Assembly: GCA_903813345.2 (NCBI GenBank)
Contig: CAIIXF020000001.1
Coordinates: 8,990,001-9,054,000, forward strand
DNA length: 64,000 nt
Direction of reading: 5' to 3'
Origin: Owenia fusiformis
Taxonomy: Eukaryota
Position 1 is the stretch's first letter; every line of letters starts with the position of its first letter. This document shows positions 1 to 13,400 of this stretch, piece by piece. The notes under the pieces are model-generated. The model was given only the letters and a program-made list of their open reading frames with translations. It made no database searches and had not been told where the DNA came from. A program made the translations under genes and the position numbers.

Positions 1-936
1 TTTAAGAAAGTAAGTAGAAAAGGCGGAGATGTGTTATACATGGATGTAGGGCTTTCAGCAATTAAAAATAATTTTTTAAAACGTCATGAGAAAGCCGTTT
101 TTATTTGTCAGGTTATGTTGGTTAATTACATGTCATTCAGTGTATATAAATTGTTTGTCTGTTTATGTTTTTCCTGTGGTAGATTGATATATCTTGAAGG
201 CCGTAAAGAAATATTTTGAGACCACCAAAAATATGTGTCAGGCAACACTAAATTACGTGTAAGGTAACAATTAATCAAAGAAGTCGTTTTAAACTACTTG
301 TTTGTCAAAGTGACTCGACAAAGTCAACATATTTATTTGACATCCTGTAGTCTTGACCTTTGCAGCAAATTCAGCAACATATGTATTTCTAGAATCTTTT
401 CCTCTTGGAAATCTAGAATCATTTCTTTGAGACCCATTGCTTGAAATCTATAATTTCTTCCTCGTGGAATACACATGATCAATTAATGGAAGAGAAAAAT
501 ATAATGAATGTGAAGTTCAGGACAACACCTAACTTAGGTGTAATTTACGTGCAATTGACGGCGTTTAAAGTAACTTTTGACGGCGTTAAAAATAACTAAC
601 GGCGTCCAAAATAATTGTAGACGGCATGCAAAGTAAGTTTTTATGGCGTTTAAACTAATGCTAGGCAGCGTTCAAAATTCTCTATTGCGTAAAAGGTTTA
701 TTTTACGGCGTTCAAAGTATGACAATACATTGGTCCTGATATACACGGTGTATAAGCCAAACGCTCCTACATGCACGACGGAGCGTTTCATTTACGCGGA
801 AACGCTCCGGAGCGAAATAAAATGGCGGCTAATGAAGATTCCACTATGACCGTAAGTATTGTTTCTCTCGTTTCTCTTACATATCATATGTTATGGTGAA
901 ATATTATGTACCATTCGATGAACATTACTTATTATT

Positions 937-1767
937 AGAGAGATTTCGCACATAAGTGAAAGTACAACTTATACGTATACGTATAGTTAAAAGGGTCATG
1001 TCGAACTATTATATTTACTAAAATCAATTTTAAATTGTACTTAATTGAACATAACTATTCCCGTTATAGAAAAGCTCCATCAACTAGAGACTATGAATGC
1101 ACTGTCATCTGCACGTGTAGATTATGCACATTATAATTAAATGCTTGCTTCCGTGTCCTTGTAGTTGTAGTGTATTATAAACACGATCCTTTAAAGGGAG
1201 TCATGATTCTTTAAAGTGAGTCATTACATAAACAAGTTGATTATTTCAATGTTTTCATGATCAGTATAAGTTCAATGAACTTACAAAACGGTATATTTAC
1301 GTAGATGATAACGTATACAGTTGGATCTCCGTATAAAGATTTGCCTACTTGTGTGTGGAACAATTGACCGCAAGCATTTTTTAAAATTAATTGGCTGAGT
1401 GGGAACAGTATCCAATCAAATACTTTAACCATCAATTTGAAACACCAATCAAACCCATTCAGTAGCTCAACATATGACATACAGGGTGTTTCATAACGAG
1501 CATCTCCAAAAAGTCAATTTGAGAAGAGATGGGTCTATAACATATGTACTATATATGAGCCTATTTTATTCTAGACAAACACATTTGGATCAACTAAACA
1601 TGCTACAATTCAAGAAACTACAAATGGCATCCCTTTGACCTGTATTTATTACAGTCCGAGAAGATCTTTCCTGACGAAAAGCTCACATTATGAAACACCT
1701 TGTACGTTTACCTATAAGTATAAGTATACGTTATAAGTTGTACTTTCACTAGGTGCGAAATCTCTCT
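937..1767. mobile_element. MITE nested in 744-2858, 3-bp ATT TSD (possibly PIF/Harbinger-related)
   Basis: AGAGAGATTTCGCAC...GTGAAAGTACAACTTATA mirrored at ~1731-1767; ATT on both flanks. Confidence 0.75.
1482..1702. mobile_element. Tc1/mariner-type MITE nested in 937-1767
   Basis: TA|CAGGGTGTTTCATAA ... TTATGAAACACCTTG|TA. Confidence 0.8.
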
Positions 1768-2892
1768 ATTTATTCAACTTCTGGTGGTAAACTGTTATTT
1801 GCTTGATTAAATCTCCGTAGTGTAGATCGAACGAATCTGAAGATGACGATTTGACCACAAATTACGAATTAAACTAGTATTTCTATGAAAACGTTAATCT
1901 TTATGTTAAAGTAGTAGATCACAAACTCGTATATTCTCATTTCCTAAAATCCCAGTCCAAATCCATTACTTTTTCTCGAAAAATCGCTTGTTTTCCTCAA
2001 AACGCTCCGTCGATTTAGAACACAATTTTAGAAACGCTCTTACCATTTTGTTTTGATATCATTTTCAGATTATTAGAGAAGAGTTCCGAATTGAATCTAT
2101 CTCTCAAAAACGTGTTGTACTTGTTAGGCAAATTGAAACATCTGAACCTGGTGGTGCTAAACGTGCAACTAGCTGATTTAAGCCTACATTAGATGATGTC
2201 ATGCCTACATGTGTGCTAAATCATAAAACTATAGAAAAAAACTAAAATTTATATGTGAATTAATCTTTCTTCTTTTGATGCCAAGGGGTATAATAGATCT
2301 TTTCTTTCTCTTCCTGTAAAGGAAAGGCAAGCTATATATTTCCTAAACTGATCTAGACTACCGGAGCGTTTCCAGTTCACTGCGTTAACCAGATCGGAGC
2401 GTTTCTTGAATATGAGAATGTCATCATTTTTCAGACTGGATTTTCGGTCATCAAATCACTATTACGATGATGTATGGTGCGTTGAAGCATTGGAATTTGA
2501 CTAAAATATACGTTGGTTCTCTAATCTTGGCTCAACTAATCACATGTATCGACAAAAGGGGTTTTGACCGGTAGAATGACAAATACGTTTGTGAATTTTG
2601 ATAACTATACTGCTTCGTACAGCTCTTCCTAATTGCTTCAAACGTCAACAGCCAGCCAAGTACCACATGAATATCACACCCATCGAATGGTATACTCGAA
2701 ATATGGAACTCATACCTCTTATTCCCTTTATTGGGGAAATCGTGAGACGGCTCATCATTCCCGCCAGCCAGTTTTCCTACTCCGGAGCGTTTCTTTGTTT
2801 AATTTCAGTAATGAAACGCTCCGTCGTGCATGTAGGAGCGTTTGGCTTATACACCGTGATACATGTCGAGGGTCAAACTTGTATTCCAATCT

Positions 2893-5714
2893 CACGGGTA
2901 GTATCTAAAGCCCCGCTATGATTTAGAAGTCGCGAGCAAATACCCGCTGAAATCGCGAGCAATTAAAAGAAAAGAAGGGTTATCTTTTGTTTACTTAAAT
3001 TGTATGTTGTAAAAAGCGTTTTCATTTAATTTTACTCAATCATTACATGGTATTGATACTAAAAAGCAACTTCTGCAAAAAAGGATCACGAGCTGATGTT
3101 CTGAGTTTTGTTATTCGATAATTGGAGAGAGAATGTATCATCTTGAATCTTTATCTATATATTTCTCTATTTTATAGCTGAAGAAGGTCATTGCCCTTCA
3201 GTTGAAATGGTCATAGTAATATGAAATGAAGGTATTGTGAGTTTCACTTCCTAAAGTTTCACAAAAAATTATATATTTCAAATTTAGCATATCCCTTGAG
3301 GCCCCGCTTCTACCATGAGCAATAAACTTAAGATCCCGCTGAAAACATGAGGAGGCCCCGCTGAAAACATGAGGAGGTCCCGCTGAAATCAGGAGCAAGT
3401 GGCTCTCTAAAATGGAGTGAAGACCGATTTGACTTTGCAAATCTGCCACGACTGTAGCCAACGTCATAAATATATTAATTATTGATACTCTACAGAGCAC
3501 ATATATATCATATATCATTGTCATTGTTATTATCGGTTCGAGCACCCCCCCCCTTACCAAAAGCTGGCTACGAGCATGATTCCAATAAAACCATTTCACT
3601 TAATGTATTTCGACCTGACTCCATCGAGAAATTTACCAAGAGAAGATTTAAATCCATTCCACGACTTTTGACAAGTTTCAAATAACTCGTTCTTCTTTGT
3701 ATGCAATATATATTTATATTTCACTGAAGTTACATTATACTGTAGTTCAGTATATTACTACCTTAGAGGATTCAGCACCAATGGCGCACACGTTTGAAAA
3801 GGCAATTTATGGATCAACTGCTAGATGTAAGTAACAAAGGAGTACATCATCCGATTATGAGTCCGAAATAATAATAATCAAATAATTTCATCATTAACAT
3901 TTAATCGTAGGTTATGTTAAACGCACGTGTTACGCGGAAAACATGATGCAAATATGTGTCATATTCTGCAATACATATGGCATATTCACTTGCGGTGTAT
4001 GACAGATTCAGCTGCAGTATATTGCATACCCACTAAGCAATGAGAACACGATACGGAAGTACGCAATTGTCAATTGCATTGATTGAACAAACGGGTAATC
4101 ATTGTGTCATTTTCACCTGCGGTATATGACATATTCGGCAAGTGAGTATGACATATTCTGCAGGTGACTATCAGGTATTCACTGAAATCAATATATCGCA
4201 TATTCACGGCGGAATATCGCATACTCACCTGCGCAATATGCCATAAACTGCTGGTGAGTATGGCATATACTGTATACCCGTATCACAAATACCACGCAAC
4301 CATAAATGTATGCCATACTCCGCGTAACATCGTATGTGTTACGCGGAATATGGCATATATTCATGGTTGCGTGGTATTTGTGATACGGGTGTATATGCCA
4401 TATTCACCTGTGGTATATGGCGTATTCCGCAGGTGAGTATGGCATATTCCGTATTGAATATGTGATACATTGATTTCAGTAAATACCCCATGCTCGCAGA
4501 ATATGTCATACTCACTTGCAGAATATGCCTTACACCGCAGGTGAGTATGCCATATACCGCAGGTGAATCTGTCGTACTCCATAAGTGAATATGCCATATT
4601 CATTGTGGAATATGACATATATTTGTATCGTGTTTACCGCGTAACAATATGTCCAGGAAAATGGCTTATGCAGGACATACGATTTATATGTCCCGGATCC
4701 ACGTTTGAGCGGGACATACGAAAAATATTTGCCCGGATATGGAATATATTCCCGGTTGATATGTCCCTGAAAATTATCAGGTATGGAATACAAATCATCA
4801 TTATTTTAATAAATATTTAAAAACAAAAACTTGAATGTTATTGTTAAATTATAAAAGTAGAACCTGAATTATCATGGAGACATTGTGGTTCTCCTTTCTC
4901 TCTAAATTTCATCTTCTTGCAACTTGGGGTGTCTTTGTTTAATACAAGACTCATTACCCTGAACCTCAGGCTTCAATTAAGTTCATTCTTGAAATGATAT
5001 CCACCTTTCTCCTATACATTTTGATATGGATGCAACTCTATAAAATGTTTGACGAAATCTCTGGTGGCTTGAACTTGGAATGGAAACATTAGAAACCTGG
5101 CCCTAGAATGAAACAGTATATATACAGTAATTATTAGAAGTACTTAACTTGGTCTTTCGTGCACGTTTATTTGAAGAACCTCAATATTTTATGTAATAGT
5201 AATGAGCTTTCCTCGTGATCGAAGCGGGTACTCGTGATATCTGCTCCTGTTTTCAGCGGGACCTCCTCATGTCTTCAGCGGGGCTTCCTCATAATTTCAG
5301 CGGGGCCACTGGCACACCTTCAATGATGTATTTCACCCCCCACAGTGGATGTTTTTGAAAACAAACTTATCAATACATACAATGTTGGTCCAATATTCAT
5401 AATGAGGTATGTATATCGTAGTTCGTGTCTCTATTTTAATCATAAAAGTAATATGTTAACAGTAAATTATGCAAACGTGCATATTGACGCCCGTTTCTTC
5501 CATGCCAGTAAAAATAGTTATCTTTCATGTCATTGTTTGTGAAGATATACCTGTTCTGAAAGTATACCTAAAGTATCAAAGAACAGTAATGCGTATTCTT
5601 ACCTTTTTGGTCCATATTTCCAGATGAATTAAATAAAAAGGACTTTGCTCGTGATTTCAGCGGGAACTTGCTCGCGACCTCTCAATTATAACGGGGCTTT
5701 GGATACAACCCGTG
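2893..5714. mobile_element. Non-autonomous TIR transposon, CAC...GTG termini, exact 5-bp TSD (Transib-like)
   Basis: ~70-bp imperfect TIR starting CACGGGTWGTATCYAAAGCCCCG; AATCT at 2888-2892 and 5715-5719; CCCGCTGAAA repeats near 3275-3390 and their reverse complement near 5250-5305. Confidence 0.85.
3928..4646. repeat. Two inverted copies of a TGTTACGCGG...CCGCGTAACA element forming a large fold-back
   Basis: Units 3928-4329 and 4337-4646; sequence is mirrored around a 7-bp spacer at 4330-4336; internal ~22-bp CATATTCAC-type repeats. Confidence 0.75.
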
Positions 5715-7437
5715 AATCTACCTATGTACAGTGTAGCTTTGTAACAGTTTGCTTTCGTTTATACTGATTTTTCACGTAATGAGGCGCCTGATTATAAGGG
5801 AAGTTAAGCTACACGTTTTAAAGGGGAGAATGGAATTCCAAATGAATATAACTCTCCACGCTCCTGTACAAGTTATGTTTAAAACGTGTAGTTTAACCTT
5901 CCTATTGTTATGTTTCCCCTCATAATAAAAGCCTATTGGTTACGATCCTTAATATGAAAATTGAAATTCAGAGTTTTTCAAAGTGTGAATCGTATTTGCA
6001 ATCCTTATTCTTATACATAAATTATGTCTTACAAAATTAAAATCCGATGTTTGAGCAGTTATCTACCTGAACTAAAATGTTGACGAAAAATGATAACTTT
6101 CCTCAAAATAAAACCCCATGGAGAATTTCGCTATCGAACAGCCCATCTTCAAAATAGCAAGGCGCCTTATAAGAGAAATCAGGTATTGGATGATAAAACA
6201 TCGATGTTTTCTGGCTGTTGTTGTTTTAGGTAAATGGCTTTCGTTCATGGGTGAGTGGATATGTGTATATTTGAATGCATGTTAGTGTGATTTATTATAT
6301 AACCCATATGTATTCTAGATACTCATTGGCTTATTCAAGGTCACATGGTATGGCATAGATGTACAAATTCCTTGCTTAAACGGTTATGGGGTACCAGTCA
6401 TTAGTATGGGGTACTTATTATAGAGTATGGGACTTGAATGACAAAATACATTTGCCAATAAGAATCTATAAGCAAATGTGAAATTAAAAACGCCACATTT
6501 TGTTTTTGTTTACAGTGCACATATGGGGCATACTAATAAAACAAATAGTGACTGCCAATTTTCGGTAAATAGTGTAAAAAATTTCCCCTTTGGGAATATC
6601 CTGTCCACTGACATGTGATGTTTGCATTATTTCCCTCAATGGCACACTATTTGTATAATAATACAAAGTGGCAATAGCCGGCAGAACATTAAAGACAGTA
6701 GAACCTGTGTATAGTGAGCATTTGTTTGCCAAGAAAAGACGTTCAGTATTCCCTCCAACTGCTAACTCTAAAAAGGAAGTTGCAGAAAATCTGTGAGAAA
6801 TCATTTATCGGATTATGCCAAGATTAAGTGTTCATTGTTCATAGTAGGTAGGTGTTCAATATAGGAATGTACTTTATCGTGAAAGTCAATGGGAGAAAAC
6901 CCCGGGAGAAAACGGTTTTGCCGACTAAAAAGGCTCACTGTAGAGTGTTTCACTGAGAGGGGTGTTCACCAACACAAGTTTTACCGTTAATATATATTGT
7001 AATACACTGACCGTTTTCCTAAACTCAATCAAGGGAGGAATTCTGTCATAAATAGTCGTGACTGTGGCCAACAGCATATCAAACAATTGTTGTAATATAA
7101 TGACCATTTTCCTATACTTGACTGAGAGAAGAAAAACATTTATCACAGGCACATCAGATAAATATTGTAATACACAATGGCCATTTTCATAAGCTTGATT
7201 AAAAACTTTTCGATATTCATCAGCGTTATTGTTTAGGCACTGTAGTCCTACTTGACTTTTATTCATTTTTAAATGTTTTGAAACTTTCTCACAATACTCC
7301 ATCAAACTTGCATTTTGATATATGTCACTTAGTGTTGTATATTGTATTGTTGCATTATTGTGAACACAAGTGATCAAGTAACAGTTTGACTGTTTGGCAT
7401 CAATACTAGTTGTCAACAAAATGATTTTTCATTGCAG

Positions 7438-10400
7438 ATTGAGAGCTTCAGTCAGCTGTTGAGGACAGTGGAGAAATGTGACAAATTTATTGCATGCTCT
7501 CTAGAGGGTGTGCCTCAAGAGATCCTTAAAAGGGAACGTGAAGCTCCAAGTAGCAACTCAAGCAATGACTCCACTGGTATGCGAAAACCAAGAAAACACT
7601 CCAGGCGATATGAAAACTTGGGTAAGATTTGATTATTTTGTAATTGAAAGCATATATAATACATGGGCACAATCAAAAATATGCTAGCAGAATTAAAGGG
7701 ACAATCAGATATAAAGGAGTGTTAAAATTGCAAGTATCGTACATACAACTGGACTATCAATGCAGTTTTTGCAATATCAAATATACCCAAAATATATGTG
7801 ATTCAAAAATATGCAAATTTTCCATGAAATAAATGTGAAATTTCACATTTATAGAGAAATGAACACATAGATTAAATCATTTCTTTTTTTTCTGTAACAA
7901 TTTTTGGTCCTTTTTCTGGCACTTGTGCATAGATATTTATAGTATAAATATTTTTGTTGTAGAAATTGATTCAATGAGCTCCCCAGAACAGATGAGTCGT
8001 CACGAATCAACAGAAGATCGCCTGAACAGAGCGAAATTGCTCAATGTAAAACCAGTTACTGTTGACATACATGGTTTAAGACGAGGTAGGCAAATGCAAG
8101 CAGGTCGTCACTATTCCACTTTAATAGTAATTGAGGAGTCAAATTTGAATACAGTGTGGTACCTTTGTCTTGCGCTGCGGGTTGATATAAATTTAGCATC
8201 AACTATACAAGTAGCTTTGACATAAAAATATATTACATGAAGGTTCCTAAAGAAATTATAGATTTTCAACATCAAACCTACTGTTTTGTTATAGTTGCTA
8301 TAGCTACATACCACATCTGTTACCAATGCTTACTTTCAATAACAAATGTTATTGACTTAATGTATCTAATCCAATTATGCTCTATGACAAGATTTATTGA
8401 AGGACTGGTAATGAGTATAAGCATGCCAACATTGCCGCTCTGCTTAGCTAAACAGTGAAATTAATCATGCAAAGTTCAAAAACATTGTATCTTGATGCAC
8501 TTCAGTAGCTTTAATTACATATATAGCCCTGCATCGAAATAGACCTATATCCAAAATAAAAATAATTTTAACTAAGCCATAATCCATTACAAAATTTACT
8601 TTCTGATTGTGTCATGTTATGTTAGAAAATTACACTGTACATCCTTTCAATATGGTCTTCAATGTAATAGAGGAAAATACAAATTACAGAACAAACTGCC
8701 AATGGATGATTAAAATATAATCCAATATATCAGAAGTGATTCTTTCAACATTGTGATATGCAAAGCAAACATGAAAACCATTTACAACTCTCTTACAAGA
8801 TCCATACCAAGCCATACAGAAAAAGTATTGCAGCCAAAAAGCATGGCAAATACTAATCCATTCCAGATTTTGGTATCAGGAAACATACCTGAAAATTTCA
8901 AATCAAATCTGTCCAGCAATATGTTTAGTTATCCACAAACAAGTAAAATGATAAAAATGTGGTTAAATATTTCAGAATTCTATGCTCCGAGTAAGACAAA
9001 CCCAGAAGACAATGGAGCCAAACCAGACAAGAAATTGAAACTAGAATGGGTGTATGGATACAGAGGCCAAGAAGCCAAGAATAACTTGTATGTATTAAGA
9101 ACAGGAGAGCTGGTGTACTATGTAGCGACTGTAGCAATTGTGTATGACAAGGAAAAGGAGACTCAGAAACACTATATGGAACACACAGAAGACATCACAT
9201 GGTGAGGATTTATGCATGACCTTATCTTTCATTATAACTTAAGGATGTTTGTCTTTTCTGTTTATGTTGCAGAGATCAATTTTAAATATTGATATTAAAT
9301 GTACTTACACAAATGTAGAAATGATCAATTCTTAAATTGTGTCGTAGCATGGCCCTCCATCCCACACAAAACTATGTCGCAACTGGACAGCAGGTTGGAA
9401 GCAGTGCAACTGCAATATTGGTAAGCATTTAAATCAATCTATGCAGAAGCATTTGTTATACATCAGTAAATAATCTATTAAACAACCCTAGGTCTTATAC
9501 TTTGTTGTATATTTTTAGGGGGAATATATGGGCAAGGAACTTCTGTTTCAGAACAAAAGACTTTATTTGTTTTATATGGGGACTTGACATATCAAACACA
9601 TGAACGTGGTTGCATTTTGTCTTTTTCAGCCACATATAAGAATATGGGATGCCAAATCCTTGTACACTTACAAGGAAATTGGACTGGACTTATTCCAGTA
9701 TGGTATCAACACTCTGGCCTTCTCTACTGAGGTAATCCTCTCCATATTTTATACATGCTGAATCTTGACAGTATATTCTTACAATTTCTTTGTACATTCC
9801 TTACTATAGTGTATTTACTATAGTCATTCATTGTGTATCTTTGTATACTGAACATAATATGTCATACAGGAAAACAATGCCGGTGTATGTATGTCAATAT
9901 TTCATGTTTGAAACTTGTACTTTTGTTTTAAAGAGTGGTGGAGATTTGTTACTTGCTGTTGATGCAAGTGATCGACATGTTCTCTCAGTGTGGGACTGGC
10001 AAGCTGGAACCTTGACTGCAAAAACAACCGTAAGTAAAGCACATTCATAATACATTCAGCAAATTAGATCTGCATGGTGTTTTCATATTGAGCCATTTAT
10101 GGTATATGACTAGATGAGTTTATGATATGTTTTTGATATGTTACATTTTTGCACCAAAATTTTTTCTTGCCATTAGTGCCCAAAACATTAATAGGCAATT
10201 TATAAACAGTGTTGACTAACAGGGAACCACCATAGGGCTATAATTTTTGAACAGCTTTTTGACCTGAGAGTTGCTGACTTACACATATCCTTTGCACCCC
10301 CCATGCTATGGACTAAATGACTAAAAGGTCAACTATTAATTTCTAGACTTGAGCACCATGGTTTCTTGCCAGAATTATTTTACTGCACATATATGATTGA

Positions 10401-13400
10401 TGTTTTAGCCTACAAAGTGGGAATGTGATTACTCAAAGTTTGCAGTAAGTTCTATACTATATGTAAGCACACTTTCTTCTTTTCTGCATGTTATCAAGCA
10501 GAGTAAAATGCAAGCCCTTATATTACATGCTTAGATGTTTTATTGAGGCTTATCAAAAAGTTAATATGTTTGTTAAATGTTTCCAGGGAATTTTGTAAAT
10601 TACATGTAGTTGTGAACTTTTTGTTGTAGGAATAATCTTTGAGTAGAGTAACATGTTCATACTTATTTTTAAAGTATATGTGTCTGTTTTCTTATGTGAT
10701 TCATCTATAACCTTTACTCCTGCTACTCATGCTTAAACAGATAATTATCTAATGTTGTATTTAAATGTTTTGTATGTATTTGAATGTAATGTGATAGCTT
10801 TAGATAACAGATTTTGATTTAATATCGGAAACAAAGCAAGATGATATTTTAGAGATACCTTTTGATTTTCAAACATAAAACATCTCATCTCTTGCTTTTT
10901 CTTGCTAATTTCCATTACAACTTTTGGTCCTTTCCCTTTGGCACTAGTGCTTATATATTTAAATCAGACATATCAGAAGTATGAAATAGTAACCACAGAA
11001 TTTATTCAAGTCATGTAGGCTTATAATAGATATCATTTCCTAGGTGACACCATGGCAGGCATTTTGAAATGATTTATTTGAAACAAAGGCAATGAACTTC
11101 CCCAATCAGCATATGCTTTTATTGTTTCATGTCAGGCATTATTTTGCTATGGTAATCTGTAATGAATAAAGAGTGAACAATAAGTGATATCAAACGTTAA
11201 ACCCCGGAAATTAATTATTAAAAGGTATTGTTTTCCTAATCTGTGTATCCAGGTGATGGTCTTAAACATGCAAAAATACCTTCAGTTCATTGTCACACAT
11301 ATCAATAATCACCTCAATGGGAATATTGAAATATATCACAATCACGCATGCTTACTTATTCATTACAAGCTTTTTAAAATACTAATGGTATATGTTGAAC
11401 AACAATAACAGGCAATATATCAACATGAACAGTATCAACCCCTGGACAGGCTTACTTATTTGTTACAAGCTTATAAAACATTCATCATTCAAAGCAACCA
11501 ATATACAAGTGCCTTTCAAAATTAGAATTTTAGAGAGTGGTATCCCATTTATTTGCATTATTTTCATGCTATCATTCTGAGAGTATATAAGGATGATAGG
11601 ACATATACATAAATATACCCACCTTAGATTACCAATGCTAATTGCAGACAACATCTGAAGTTGTGATATCTGGCTGCTTCTATCCCCAAGATGACACTAT
11701 CATCATCACATATGGCAGACAGCACATCTTCTTCTGGAAGATCTTCCAGGATTCTAAGATATACAGGGATAAAAAGAGTGGTGTATTCAATGTAAGGATT
11801 TCTCAATAGGTCAAATAGCAGTATTATTCATCACAAATAATTTTACAAAATATGATTTGTCCTTTGCTACGTAGCTCACCTTATTTCAGTCTCTACATTT
11901 TGGTAAAATATTGAAGAAGGCCAAACGATCCCTGACCTTTGTATACTGATACATAAAACAAAATTATGATTTCCAAAAGCAAGACATTTATCTTTTGTCT
12001 TAAAGTAGACATTAAGTAAAATTATGAAGTATGTAGACTTACTCCTTCATATTCTGATTATTTGATTCTTATATTGCAGGACGAAGTTCCCAAGTTTGTG
12101 ACATCTGTTGCATTTGCCCCAAATGGTGATGTCATCAGTGGGGATAGTAATGGTAGTATTCTCATCTGGAGCCGCAATGACAGTGATCAGTTTGCTATTA
12201 ACCGACATATCTCAGATCACATGTCACACGCACATCATGTAAGTTGTATTTCAAAGGCTTTTTATAAAGTATGATATTATGTACATGTAGAAGGAAACCA
12301 TGTATACAGGCTGTTTCATAATGGAATTCCCCCAACAGCGAATCATAGATCAAATGCTCACAATCTATTCTTAATAAAATGTATTCAATTATAGGCTTGA
12401 ACTATAGATGTGTAATAATTGGTAGTTGGTGCCCTTTGAAGAGTTTGATTTTGCAACTCTCCATCTCCTTCATCTACACTTTCTGAATAAAAACCAAAAC
12501 AACAAAATACTATCAAACATAATCACTACAGTACAATTACAATCAAATCAAGGTTTTGGAAAATAATTTCAGAAAAGTGTATTTGCCCTCTGCATGAAAG
12601 CTGATGGTATTCTCCTATCTGGAGCTGGCTCAGAGATTAAAGCCTGGGACACAAGCAGTGAATACAGATTCATTAAGGAGAGAATGGTATGTATTTGGCT
12701 TTAGATGAACCATTGGGAGAATATGATACTTCAAGATATAGATGTTCAACATTGAAATGTATGTAAAGATCAATGGATTACATATGGATTCAAGATATGG
12801 GTATATTCATTGAATATCACTATAAAATTGTTTGTTTTGAGAGGGTACACATTGATTATTGATGGTTGTTTCATAGTTGTATTGAGATTGATCCTTGTAA
12901 TGAATTATATATTACAGCATTGGGTGAAATAGCCAAAAACCCTATTAAAAATGGCCACTATTTATGAAAAATTGTATACTTATATATCATACATTTTTTA
13001 TAGGAATTTATGATGTTAGTATACTGTATATATACAGTATTTTGCAAAATAGTGGGGGGAGCCTAAAATTGATGCAGTATAGCATATTTGTGCTATGTCT
13101 ATTGTAGTTGCCAGATACAGCCGGTACTATTAGGAATATGCTACCACATAACCAACAAGACACTGATGGACAACTCTATATAGGAACAGCCAATAACTCA
13201 ATTCTCGAGGGATCTCTACAAAACAAGTTCACTTACCTAATACAGGTAGTTTTTCCAAAAGGTTTCCCTTTTTTGCGATGGTTATTAAACGAACCTCAGC
13301 TCACCATAACTTTCAATGTTTGATCAGGCACTTTGAATAGAAATCTTGTAATTTAGGATAACAATGGCATAGTGTAAATAATTCATTCTTGTAACACGGA

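Larger units (their letters stand above)
744..2858. mobile_element. Non-autonomous TIR DNA transposon with CACGGTG termini (Transib- or Chapaev/CMC-like)
   Basis: ~49-bp perfect TIR CACGGTGTATAAGCCAAACGCTCCTACATGCACGACGGAGCGTTTCATT at both ends; flanks ATATA/ATACA (3-bp ATA exact, or 5-bp with one mismatch); internal GGAGCGTTT repeats. Confidence 0.85.

Noticed and set aside
4164..4820. Overlapping Tyr/His-rich ORFs on both strands
   Set aside because: Produced by internal repeats of the 3928-4646 fold-back.
6925..7419. 164-aa minus-strand ORF
   Set aside because: Non-ATG start, no recognisable domain, and it lies antisense just upstream of an EML exon in AT-rich sequence.
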